From: Nemertoderma westbladi | Taxonomy: Eukaryota; Animalia; Xenacoelomorpha | Assembly: GCA_032718475.1 (NCBI GenBank) | Contig: JAUCBJ010003171.1 | Location: forward strand, 1 to 39,770 | DNA: 39,770 bases | Direction: 5' to 3' | In this document: one piece after another, positions 29,301 through 39,770 of the stretch | Position numbering within the stretch: the first letter of the stretch is position 1 | Layout of the letters: every line of letters begins with the position of its first letter | Made by a program: the position numbers and the translations under genes | Notes under the pieces: generated by a model | What the model saw: only the letters and a program-made list of their open reading frames with translations | The model's database searches: none | Told to the model about the DNA's origin: nothing

Positions 29301-30148
29301 CTAGACTACACGACATGCCAGGAATGAAATATACTAATTATAGCGGAGAGTCATTGCTGGCCAAACCGATTGCCATGTTTGAAAACTAAAATGGCCACGA
29401 AAGTTTCATATATTAGATTAGCACTACAACATTAGTTTATTGGGAAATGCATTTTTCCGTACACCAAACCCGCATTGTAATTGTGATTGAAGCGTAACTG
29501 TTAGCCGATTATATTACTACATAAGGTATTGGAGGTAAGGCGTAATTGATAAACTAAATGCCAGAAACCCAAAGATGATAATCCTCACCAAGGAGATAAT
29601 GAATGGCATGCCTAAAGCTGCCCACACTATAGCAGTCAATAGAGAGTAGCTAATAGTTACATAACAGGCGACACAATACCGAGATATCTAAATAACGATA
29701 TGAGATATCGCAAAGGATATCCAAATCAATGAATATCCAGTTGGATTATCAACCGAGGCGAATTATTTCGGTTTGTTTGGCGACGATTTTTCGTTACTTT
29801 GACTTATTTTACTATCCATATGAGCTTTTATATTCTCAAAGCGGTCCCGACCTAAAAAAAATAAAATAAATCGTTAATTATCTAATAATAAAGACGCAAT
29901 ATAGCTAATAACATTGCAAGTCGGGTAGGGACTTTAGTAACTGAACGTTGCTGATTAATAAATACACCTGCTTCTAATATGAATAATTAACAAGTTTATA
30001 AAATAACTTAGCAACGGAATAAAACAAAAACCAGTTACTAAACGCAAACAGTTGATATGTTGATGGAGTTGTATCGGTATTTGGAAATATTTGTTATAAA
30101 TAGTTTACAAACTGTAATAATATTCGATATTTACAAAACTTTAATTAA

Positions 30149-30899
30149 GGTTGTAGGGTACCAGGTAAGGTTTTCTTAATGTTTTACTATTAAACAAAAT
30201 GTACCTTTCAGGGAGAACTTGTAAATAAAATTTCCTGAAATTTTGCAGGTAGGTGTATCAACCAATTGGACAAGAGCAAGACTAAAAAAATATTAAATAT
30301 TTTAAAATTTTTTTTGTTTACGCCAATTTTTGTAAACAATGCCCGGTTTTTGAGCAAAAATCGAAATTTCACCAACTGTTTTCTTAATAACTTCTTAAGA
30401 AAGCACCCAACCAACAAAATTCTATAGTCATGCCTGAAAATTTCATGAGATTTCATCCAGTAGTTCCTCAGAAAAGGTTACCTTTGTGTCTAAAAAAACA
30501 CAACAAATTACTTTTCGCGAAAAAGACATTCAAAGTTTTCAAAGCTTCCCGCCACTTTTTATAAAAAACGAAGGATTATTCAAACTGGTTGTAAAAAATA
30601 AATAAGTACACACAACCTGCCTAAAAATTCCGATATAGGGGTTTTCCTGGTCGGTGATTTAATTTCTGATATCAGTTTTGAGTTTAACCATATCTAGACT
30701 ATCTGTCTTTCAATCTATCTGTCTGTCAGTTTTGACAGGCTTTTCAGACAGACAGACCGACCGACAGACCGTCAGATATTTGGGCACCTTAGGCTTATCC
30801 TATGCCTATAAAAATTCGATTTCTGTAATCTTCGAAAAATTTTGATCTTAAATAATCGAAAACAATTTTTTTCAAATATTGTGAAAGTACCCTACAACC
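30149..30899. mobile_element. Non-autonomous TTAA-targeting DNA transposon (Kolobok-like), 751 bp
   Basis: TTAA|GGTTGTAGGGTAC ... GTACCCTACAACC|TTAA: perfect 13-bp TIR and TTAA duplication. Purine-purine (GG) termini fit Kolobok rather than piggyBac (CC). Confidence 0.8.
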
Positions 30900-30930
30900 T
30901 TAAAAGCGATGCTCTAAAAAAGTTCCACTA

Positions 30931-33900
30931 ATGGAAAAATTAAGCATCGACATAAAAACAGGGGATAAATCTCGCGGATCGACCACAGCTACTGTGAGTA
31001 TAATATTCCATGGAAAGACGGGAAATTATGGGCCCGTTGAATTGGGATCCGGCCAGAAAAATCTGTTTAAAAAGAACTCCGTGAACGCCTTCAATGTACT
31101 GATAAAGAGTAACATTGGGAATGTTTACAAAATGACTTTGTTCCACGATAACAGCGGACCCAACCCATCATGGTACTGCGAATGGATAGCAGTGAGGAAC
31201 CGTTCCAACGGAGAGCGATATCACTACGATGTGGAACGCTGGTTGCTAATGGAAATACCAATAGTGGAGATACAATGCAACGCTAGACCAATCCGAATCA
31301 ATCCTCAGATGCATCCCAGTCAACTGAAACAATTCAACGAATCCGTGATGACCTATGTGTTACATGTAACCACTGGTGATAAGCAATACGCAGGAGACAA
31401 TATGAAAGGGAATGTGAGCGTAACGTTATACGGGCAGCATGGTCACTCGGGTCAACGACCTCTGGTCTACAGCAATAACAACGGAAATAGGTTGTGGCGA
31501 AGAAGTCAAATCGACGAATTCTCTTTCAACAACACAAATCTGGGTCCTTTAGTGAAGATGCTTATAGGTCATGATTGTTTGGAACCGGGGAATGGTTGGT
31601 TTCTAGAACGGATTACGGTATATCAGCACTGTGGAGGTACTGTGGTGGCCACAACTGTGTTTCCTTGCCAAAGTTGGATGGATACAGGTGAGGAGGACGG
31701 TGCAGTAAACCGAGTACTTGCTCCGGGGCAGTACAACCCGGCGCCGGTGTGGTACGCAGAGAGATGGAAGTACCAACCGGGAAGTCAGATAGTGTTCGTT
31801 CACAAGGCAACGGGAACAGCGCTAACGATAAACGACGCGGGAGAGATAGCCACGACCGCAGCTACTAACGAGAGTCGAGTTCGCTTCCAACCTGTTGCTT
31901 CGCCAACCAGTGATAAAGTTTTTACGTTCCGAAGTCACCACGACAGTAGACCTCTGGCATTCCCAAACGCACCCGCAAACAATAAAACGAGAATTCTAGT
32001 GGTAGTGCAGGATGACAGAAGCGTGCAGCTAGCCAATGCTGCTGATCCGACCTACGTTCTATCCGTAGATTCATACGGAGACCTAACAGCTGAAGAGAAC
32101 TCCAGCTCACATAATTCACACTTCTATGTGCATTGCTGTAATTCGTTGAATCTGGGAAACCTAGTCATCCTGCAGTCGAATTTTAAGGACGCTGTTTATG
32201 TCACTGATGAAGGAGAAGTTAATGCGGCTTTAAATAGGAATGCGAATTCCGTTTTTAGATTACTTTCTGTTCCAGATGAATCACTTTTAAGCCTGGAGAC
32301 CACAGATGGGAGATGCTTGATGATAGATTCTAATGCAATCAGGATAACGCCATCGGTCGGTGACGCATCCCAAGGGATTCGTATCCACAAAAATATTGAG
32401 ACGCCTTACTACAAACTAGAAAGCGGGAGCGATCATGGTAGCTACTTGGCGTGGAACAGCAGCGGTCAATGCGTAGTGGCAACAACCGAGGAATCCCAGT
32501 TCTTCCATATACACCTGGAAGTTGTGGAATTCTCCCAGATAGAGCCACTTCCAGACATAAAAGTGACTAAGTTTGGTAGGAAAACGGTGTCCACTGCTAA
32601 TTCGAGATCAACAACCCGATCCAATGAACAAGAAAATCGAAACTTAATGCAGAGTTTGGATACCCGAGGTAGCGAACGAAGTTTCGTAGGTAACAGAGAG
32701 ATAACCAGAGTTGAAATGGACGCACAGGGGGGCATTAGAACGCACACGAGCAATTCTATGGCGAGACAACCAACACGGGAACGAACATCAATGTCTCGAG
32801 GTGGCCCCAGACCGTCGGCACTGTTCATCACACAGCCCAACGATGATGACAATGACGACAGTGATTGTCAGGATGACAGTCCGGAACACAACGATAATGC
32901 AGACTGGAAGGAGAATGTGAATGGCAATGGAACTAACGCTCAGCAAATCGACATCATCAAAGAGAGAGAGAAGAGCGTTGTAGCTGTCCTACCACAGACG
33001 ATGCCACAATCCAATCAGATTTATTTGGTGATGGTGAGCACGGGAAAAGAATGGGGATCGGAGACAGGGGCAGATGTTAGTATATCTATAAAGGGGAGCA
33101 GCGGGGTGACCCCAATTCAGCAGTTGGAATGTAATGCATCAGGGGAGAAAGCGTTTCAGGTGGGAGGTGTTGACTCTTTCGAGTTAGAGTCAATCGACGT
33201 AGGGAGTCCTACGGAGATCGAGATTAGCCACAATGGTACAGGGTATGGCACTGGTTGGTACCTCGAAGATGTCGTCATTAGGATAGGAGGTATTTACGGA
33301 GACAAGGAGTTTGTGTATATCTGTGGGAAATGGTTGGACGCTTATATCGGAGACCGTCAGACCAGTAGAAAGATAACCGCCGCTGGATGGCGGTATACTG
33401 ACACAGAGAATGAGTTGCTGATGGATGAGGAGGCAAGCAAAGGTCTCGCTGTGCCGAAGAAAAAGGAAGACAGAGATATAAATGTGTGGAAAATGGAATT
33501 GATATCTAAGTCAACGATTTCCCATAAGTTGACTACTTCGGTGTGTTTCTATGGAGTTGAAGAGAAGAGTCAAAATTTGTTCATAATTAAAGACTGTTTC
33601 CATAGCTTCCCACAAAGGAATATTTTAGAAGTTTTAATAAAACTTCCGAAGAGTATCAGTGTGTTAACTAAAATCCGACTACAACAAGATCGTGGTCCAG
33701 CAATGAACATGGACGTAGTGGAATTCACACAGGTTCACATTGGTTGCCAAGCAACGGGTATCGATTACAATCTTTATTGTAAGGATTGGATTCAGCAAGC
33801 CAATCACCTTGGGAGCAAGCGCATAGTTGTCATGGAGATGCCAGTCATAGTGACCGATGTGAAACCACCATCATGGAAACAGTACCACATAGAGGTGCAC

Positions 33901-36474
33901 ACTGGTAGTGACAAAGGTGCGTCTTTAAGTAATGCAATCCCCTTTATATGTGTATATGGTAGTCATGGAGACAGCGGAATACGACCAATAAGAGATAAAG
34001 CATCCAATAAAGCTTTCGGTGTAGGACAAGTGGATGAATTTCATATGGAATGCGTTGATTTGGGAGAGATACGGGAGGTCACAGTGGGTCACACACAGAG
34101 ATCTAAGGGGATGGGGTGGATGTTGGACAGGGTGGTGGTAAAGGAATCATGTAAATCCGCGACGGAGTACCATTTCTTGTACAAAGACTGGCTGGATTTA
34201 GGAAAGGGTAACAAACAACTTATGGTGACGGTGGGCAATCCCACAATCCGAAGTCATCCCCAGAGCCTGGAGTTAGTTCCGGATGAAACCGATTGGGGCA
34301 TTCACTTGGAGTTGATGGAGTGCAGTGTTCCGGAAGGAAGTAAACTCCACATACGGCTGGCAAGCAGCACAGAAACCGAAGCAGAAGTGGTGATGGAAAT
34401 ACCAAAGTTTTGTTACGAATTGTTGGAAGACAATGTGCCCATGGGAACTTCTATGTGGGGTCTCACCAAGGTGGTATTGTGGTTGGAACCCCCAGCAACC
34501 TCGATGCAACGAGCTCAGTGCATTGTAAGCTCGTTCACCATGGTGGGTAAGACTTCGGGAACGGAGTTGCGTTGTTATAGCGATGCAGAATGTGTGGTGG
34601 TGACAAGTGCAAACCGCTCAGAAGAATTCCATGTCGGGGAGATGTCGGTTGTTTACTGCGGGTTGGAGCCGCTCAAGCAGACAATGTACGAGATCGAGTT
34701 GGTACAAGGAAAGGTAGTAAACAGTCGGAGTCCCGGACAACACTTCGCGATTCTACATGGGACCCGGTCGGTGTCGAAACCACTGCAGCTCTCCTGGGGC
34801 AGCGAGACAACCCAGTCCGTGATCTATACAGCCGAGAGTCTCTCTGTGGGAACCATTACCAAGGTAACAATAGGACACAACAAGATCGGATTAGGTGGAG
34901 GTTGTTTCATAGAAACAATAATAATCACAGATAAGTCGACCGATGTGCAGACTCGACTCAGTCCAGAGATGTGGTGGGATTCGGGATTAGGAGATTGTAA
35001 AATCTTCAGAGATATTGAAATAGTTGAAAATCCCGCACCCAAGACAAATAAAACTGCAAGAAAGATATACCAAGATGTTATTAAAAGAAGTTTTAAGATT
35101 CCCACAGATTTTTGGTACGTTTATGTTACAACAGGACCGAGTCGTAATGCTGGAACATCGTCGAGAATTACACTAACAGTGTTCGACTCGATGTATGACA
35201 GTCGTGAGGTTGAGTTCGGAGGACGGAGCAACCCGCTAGAACCGGGATCCATCGAGCGGAAACTCGCTCGACTGGATGGGTTACGGGAGCTGCGGAAGGT
35301 GCGTGTAGTAACAGACGGTTCGGGCTACTACCCGTCGTGGCATCTACTGCGAGTGGTTTTGGAAAACGTTACAACAGGGGAGATCCACCAACTAGAGAGC
35401 GGAAAATGGATAGGGAGGAACAACGGAGAGGTGGGGAGCAGCGAAGTTCCTATAACAGAGATGGCCATTGTGCAGCCATTGCGGGAACCGGTGGAGGAGG
35501 TAACATACTCCTTGGAGGTGCAGACTGGAGACTTACTGGGAGCCGGGACCGAGCTCCAGGTTTACTTCTGTCTCCATGGCGACCAGGGCGACACGGGAAT
35601 GCGCCGACTGATGACATACAACCCGCGTATGATGAGTCACTGCTTCGCACCTGGTCGCACAGATGTGTTCTCCGCCCGGACACTGTCCATCGGACGGCCG
35701 AAGAGTCTGTCATTGTGGTTGTGTCCAGAGGAGCCGGACACCCTGGACAGTGTCCCGGACGCCGCCTGGTACTGCGAGCATGTCTCGGTGCGGGAGCACC
35801 CGTGCGCGAGGCAGCATTACGGGTTCGCGTGTGCCCGATGGATCGAGGCGACTCGGTTGGAGTCGCGGTTTGCCACAGAGCTGCTCCCAGAGTTCCCCGG
35901 GGTGGATCTCGGGCGGGTCGCCTCGCCCGGTGAGTTCGCCGTCGGCGTACAAGTAGCCACCCAGTACCGCCGCGAGGTCGCCGTCACCCTGACTGTCTAT
36001 GGGGAGACTGGCAGCAGCGCCGTTAGTCTAGCCGCTCTCTACGATAACTCCCACGCACCGGGACTGCATCTCGCCAAAATATTCGCGGGGAACATCGGGA
36101 GATTAGTGGAACTCGAAATGAATCAAACGGGAGAAAACTTCCAGTCGCGATGGTGGATAGAGTCCATCGCAATGGACGACCTATTCATAGAGGACAGTGT
36201 TAAGTTTTCGTTTGATCCGTTAATGGGAGAAGCGATATACAATGTGAAGGTACATCGAAACGATCCTGGATGCGGTAATGCTGTGATCAACGGAGGTGGT
36301 GATAGTAAATCGGTTAATATAGTAAGTCCAATCGTGATGTTGGCGATAGAGAATGCGCCGGAGGAAACCCCAGTCAGTGCAGAGAGGAAGTCTACTGGAA
36401 GAGAAATAGTTGCCAAATCGAGAAACTCAAACAGCACCAGGGGGAGTGAAAGGCCATCTCTATTTGGGGACTGA
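30931..36474 (+). CDS. Intronless 1847-aa multi-PLAT/LH2-domain protein (LOXHD1/RP1-like) with probable beta-trefoil insert
   Basis: Repeated PLAT signatures (Y-V-V-TG...GT-A-V-I-L-G--G-SG...F--G--D-F...G-L--I-IGHD...GW-L--V-V...F-C--WL): about 6-7 clear copies and about 3 degenerate ones. A non-PLAT beta-rich segment lies at about aa 278-535 and an acidic low-complexity linker at about aa 550-690. Confidence 0.88.
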   Translation: MEKLSIDIKTGDKSRGSTTATVSIIFHGKTGNYGPVELGSGQKNLFKKNSVNAFNVLIKSNIGNVYKMTLFHDNSGPNPSWYCEWIAVRNRSNGERYHYDVERWLLMEIPIVEIQCNARPIRINPQMHPSQLKQFNESVMTYVLHVTTGDKQYAGDNMKGNVSVTLYGQHGHSGQRPLVYSNNNGNRLWRRSQIDEFSFNNTNLGPLVKMLIGHDCLEPGNGWFLERITVYQHCGGTVVATTVFPCQSWMDTGEEDGAVNRVLAPGQYNPAPVWYAERWKYQPGSQIVFVHKATGTALTINDAGEIATTAATNESRVRFQPVASPTSDKVFTFRSHHDSRPLAFPNAPANNKTRILVVVQDDRSVQLANAADPTYVLSVDSYGDLTAEENSSSHNSHFYVHCCNSLNLGNLVILQSNFKDAVYVTDEGEVNAALNRNANSVFRLLSVPDESLLSLETTDGRCLMIDSNAIRITPSVGDASQGIRIHKNIETPYYKLESGSDHGSYLAWNSSGQCVVATTEESQFFHIHLEVVEFSQIEPLPDIKVTKFGRKTVSTANSRSTTRSNEQENRNLMQSLDTRGSERSFVGNREITRVEMDAQGGIRTHTSNSMARQPTRERTSMSRGGPRPSALFITQPNDDDNDDSDCQDDSPEHNDNADWKENVNGNGTNAQQIDIIKEREKSVVAVLPQTMPQSNQIYLVMVSTGKEWGSETGADVSISIKGSSGVTPIQQLECNASGEKAFQVGGVDSFELESIDVGSPTEIEISHNGTGYGTGWYLEDVVIRIGGIYGDKEFVYICGKWLDAYIGDRQTSRKITAAGWRYTDTENELLMDEEASKGLAVPKKKEDRDINVWKMELISKSTISHKLTTSVCFYGVEEKSQNLFIIKDCFHSFPQRNILEVLIKLPKSISVLTKIRLQQDRGPAMNMDVVEFTQVHIGCQATGIDYNLYCKDWIQQANHLGSKRIVVMEMPVIVTDVKPPSWKQYHIEVHTGSDKGASLSNAIPFICVYGSHGDSGIRPIRDKASNKAFGVGQVDEFHMECVDLGEIREVTVGHTQRSKGMGWMLDRVVVKESCKSATEYHFLYKDWLDLGKGNKQLMVTVGNPTIRSHPQSLELVPDETDWGIHLELMECSVPEGSKLHIRLASSTETEAEVVMEIPKFCYELLEDNVPMGTSMWGLTKVVLWLEPPATSMQRAQCIVSSFTMVGKTSGTELRCYSDAECVVVTSANRSEEFHVGEMSVVYCGLEPLKQTMYEIELVQGKVVNSRSPGQHFAILHGTRSVSKPLQLSWGSETTQSVIYTAESLSVGTITKVTIGHNKIGLGGGCFIETIIITDKSTDVQTRLSPEMWWDSGLGDCKIFRDIEIVENPAPKTNKTARKIYQDVIKRSFKIPTDFWYVYVTTGPSRNAGTSSRITLTVFDSMYDSREVEFGGRSNPLEPGSIERKLARLDGLRELRKVRVVTDGSGYYPSWHLLRVVLENVTTGEIHQLESGKWIGRNNGEVGSSEVPITEMAIVQPLREPVEEVTYSLEVQTGDLLGAGTELQVYFCLHGDQGDTGMRRLMTYNPRMMSHCFAPGRTDVFSARTLSIGRPKSLSLWLCPEEPDTLDSVPDAAWYCEHVSVREHPCARQHYGFACARWIEATRLESRFATELLPEFPGVDLGRVASPGEFAVGVQVATQYRREVAVTLTVYGETGSSAVSLAALYDNSHAPGLHLAKIFAGNIGRLVELEMNQTGENFQSRWWIESIAMDDLFIEDSVKFSFDPLMGEAIYNVKVHRNDPGCGNAVINGGGDSKSVNIVSPIVMLAIENAPEETPVSAERKSTGREIVAKSRNSNSTRGSERPSLFGD

Positions 36475-36496
36475 GACTCAATAATCAAACTCAACA

Positions 36497-36502
36497 AATA
36501 AA
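36497..36502 (+). terminator. Candidate polyadenylation signal of the PLAT gene
   Basis: AATAAA 23 nt after the TGA, followed by T-rich sequence. Confidence 0.45.
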
Positions 36503-36975
36503 ATTCTTTATTACGTTTATTACGGTATTACGTACACCACCTATTTTAACCTTATTTCCCTAACATGCCCCATCACTCTATACTATACGTATACATCCCC
36601 CTCTCTCTCTCTGCCCCCCCCCCCCCCCCCCCCCCCCCTCTATATTGAATTTGAATTTAACTTACGTATAACGAACGACTATCTATAACTGAAACTCGTT
36701 TGTTTATCAATGGATTCATTTTAGATTTTAGGTGACCAAATTTATTCAATTATTATATCTAATATTCTTATGAAGGACATAATACAAAATATTACATGTG
36801 CACTGTGTGGTACCGGTACAACCATATTTCAGTTTCACTCACCCTTTTAACTGTGATACAAACGCTGCGTCGCTGCCATCAACATTGTTAACGCAGAAAA
36901 TTGTAAATATCAGACAGTGGAAATCTATTCTAACCAAAGCAATAAACAACGACAGATGCTACACTTATATAGATA

Positions 36976-38857
36976 TCTGTCACTGTTTACCTGTGTATTG
37001 TATGTATCTGTCACTGTCGGTTGTGGTTGTCGAAGTATACCGACATCCCTATTTACCTGTGTATTGTACATATCTGTCACTGTCGGTTGTGGTTGTCGAA
37101 GTATACCGACATCCCTATTTACCTGTGTATTGTATGTATCTGTCACTGTCGGTTGTGGTTGTCGAAGTATACCGACATCCCTATTTACCTGTGTATTGTA
37201 CATATCTGTCACTGTCGGTTGTGGTTGTCGAAGTATACCGACATCCCTATTTACCTGTGTATTGTATGTTTCTGTCACTGTCGGTTGTGGTTGTCGAAGT
37301 ATACCGACATCCCTATTTACCTGTGTATTGTATGTTTCTGTCACTGTCGGTTGTGGTTGTCGAAGTATACCGACATCCCTATTTACCTGTGTATTGTATG
37401 TTTCTGTCACTGTCGGTTGTGGTTGTCGAAGTATACCGACATCCCTATTTACCTGTGTATTGTACATATCTGTCACTGTCGGTTGTGGTTGTCGAAGTAT
37501 ACCGACATCCCTATTTACCTGTGTATTGTATGTTTCTGTCACTGTCGGTTGTGGTTGTCGAAGTATACCGACATCCCTATTTACCTGTGTATTGTATGTT
37601 TCTGTCACTGTCGGTTGTGGTTGTCGAAGTATACCGACATCCCTATTTACCTGTGTATTGTATGTATCTGTCACTGTCGGTTGTGGTTGTCGAAGTATAC
37701 CGACATCCCTATTTACCTGTGTATTGTATGTTTCTGTCACTGTCGGTTGTGGTTGTCGAAGTATACCGACATCCCTATTTACCTGTGTATTGTATGTTTC
37801 TGTCACTGTCGGTTGTGGTTGTCGAAGTATACCGACATCCCTATTTACCTGTGTATTGTATGTTTCTGTCACTGTCGGTTGTGGTTGTCGAAGTATACCG
37901 ACATCCCTATTTACCTGTGTATTGTATGTTTCTGTCACTGTCGGTTGTGGTTGTCGAAGTATACCGACATCCCTATTTACCTGTGTATTGTACGTATCTG
38001 TCACTGTCGGTTGTGGTTGTCGAAGTATACCGACATCCCTATTTACCTGTGTATTGTATGTTTCTGTCACTGTCGGTTGTGGTTGTCGAAGTATACCGAC
38101 ATCCCTATTTACCTGTGTATTGTATGTTTCTGTCACTGTCGGTTGTGGTTGTCGAAGTATACCGACATCCCTATTTACCTGTGTATTGTATGTTTCTGTC
38201 ACTGTCGGTTGTGGTTGTCGAAGTATACCGACATCCCTATTTACCTGTGTATTGTATGTATCTGTCACTGTCGGTTGTGGTTGTCGAAGTATACCGACAT
38301 CCCTATTTACCTGTGTATTGTATGTTTCTGTCACTGTCGGTTGTGGTTGTCGAAGTATACCGACATCCCTATTTACCTGTGTATTGTATGTTTCTGTCAC
38401 TGTCGGTTGTGGTTGTCGAAGTATACCGACATCCCTATTTACCTGTGTATTGTATGTTTCTGTCACTGTCGGTTGTGGTTGTCGAAGTATACCGACATCC
38501 CTATTTACCTGTGTATTGTATGTTTCTGTCACTGTCGGTTGTGGTTGTCGAAGTATACCGACATCCCTATTTACCTGTGTATTGTATGTTTCTGTCACTG
38601 TCGGTTGTGGTTGTCGAAGTATACCGACATCCCTATTTACCTGTGTATTGTATGTTTCTGTCACTGTCGGTTGTGGTTGTCGAAGTATACCGACATCCCT
38701 ATTTACCTGTGTATTGTATGTTTCTGTCACTGTCGGTTGTGGTTGTCGAAGTATACCGACATCCCTATTTACCTGTGTATTGTATGTTTCTGTCACTGTC
38801 GGTTGTGGTTGTCGAAGTATACCGACATCCCTATTTACCTGTGTATTGTATGTTTCC
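36976..38857. repeat. 63-bp tandem array, about 30 near-identical copies
   Basis: Unit TCTGTCACTGTCGGTTGTGGTTGTCGAAGTATACCGACATCCCTATTTACCTGTGTATTGTATGT(T/A). Variation is confined to three adjacent-site positions. Confidence 0.97.
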
Positions 38858-39061
38858 ACTTTCCCAATCTTTCTGATGTTTCGCCGATCCCGTATATAGA
38901 TCCACTGGTGGTCCGACTCCGCCCTTAGTAGCAGCAGATGGTTCCTGTGGTTCAACATTGCCATATACATTGAGCTGTCCTATTGCCTAAGGGAGCAAAG
39001 CAAATATTCCTTTATTATTCTACATCTAAAGAATTGTGAGGTAATTACGGGAGTAGACGCT

Positions 39062-39250
39062 GTGCTGACACAGGTGCAGACACAGGTGCCGACACAGGTG
39101 CAGACACAGGTGCCGACACAGGTGCCGACACAGGTGCCGACACAGGTGCAGACGCAGGTGCCGTCCACAGGTGCCGACACAGGTGCCGACACAGGTGCAG
39201 ACACAGGTGCCGATATAGGTGCCGACACAGGTGCCGACACAGTTGCCGAT
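39062..39250. repeat. 12-bp minisatellite (GACACAGGTGCC/A, about 15 copies)
   Basis: Visible 12-bp periodicity. Confidence 0.92.
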
Positions 39251-39270
39251 TACAATGCGACACAATTACC

Positions 39271-39686
39271 TAGGTTTTTTAAACAAAGACTAGTCTTTCT
39301 TGATAACGGACGGCTTTGTTAAGAAAGCCTTGAAATTCTAGGTTATGTTAACAAAGACTGATTCATTAGACTATTTTAGCATATGTTCTAATAATTTGCT
39401 GTAATAAACTAGTTTGATCGTTTGTGAACTAATTTTATGGAAAATAAAAACATTAATGTCACATCCCATATATCGATTTCATTATTTATGATCAATCAGC
39501 GCAATATTATTATCAATAGTAAGAAAGCCTAGGCATTCCTAGAAAAGCCTGTTTCAATAAAGAAACTCACTAATACAAATAATACGTAACAAAGTCTAGG
39601 CTTTGTGTGGAATCTAATGAATGCCTAGCCTTTCTTGATTTCGAACGGTTTTGTTAACAAAGCCTAGGCTTTCTTAAGAAAACCTG
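39271..39686. mobile_element. Degraded MITE with AAAGCCTAGGCTTT palindromic subrepeats
   Basis: Left TAGGTTTTTTAAACAAAGACTAGTCTTT resembles the reverse complement of right AAAGCCTAGGCTTTCTTAAGAAAACCTG. Internal copies of the same motif are present. No TSD seen. Confidence 0.5.
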
Positions 39687-39770
39687 ATTCCAAACAAAGC
39701 CGCTCTTAAATATACTTATTGGAGTTAATAGTTCAGACAATAAGTCGTATTAGCCTATTTACGCAGTAAC

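Noticed and set aside
30940-36497. Short antisense and alternative-frame ORFs over the PLAT gene
   Set aside because: They are shadow ORFs of a long coding exon with no recognisable motifs.
36798-38928. Three 635-692 aa plus-strand repetitive ORFs
   Set aside because: They are by-products of a stop-free 63-bp tandem unit that is open in several frames at once, with no recognisable domain.

Overview
AT-rich, repeat-dense eukaryotic (probably invertebrate animal) genomic DNA with two clear protein-coding genes transcribed away from each other. (1) A minus-strand long-chain acyl-CoA synthetase of the ACSL3/ACSL4 type. I could assemble it by hand as 9 GT-AG coding exons (20653 to 4209, about 715 aa, all splice phases consistent). 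(2) A plus-strand, intronless 1847-aa multi-PLAT protein (LOXHD1/RP1-like) with a probable beta-trefoil insert. Introns and intergenic DNA hold an L2/CR1-type LINE relic, a Penelope GIY-YIG relic, hAT- and Kolobok-type non-autonomous elements, foldbacks, tRNA-derived heads and several tandem arrays. The most unusual observation is a type I hammerhead ribozyme fold, with one core mismatch, lying between Pol III A-box-like and B-box-like motifs at about 26.35 kb. The tail of that element reappears as inverted flanks around a 2.5-kb satellite with 26/30 -> 138 -> 414 bp higher-order structure in the last ACSL intron. Also notable are an in-frame duplication of the ACSL stop-codon region and a 63-bp array that multiplies a splice-donor-like junction. 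All calls were made by eye, without database searches.
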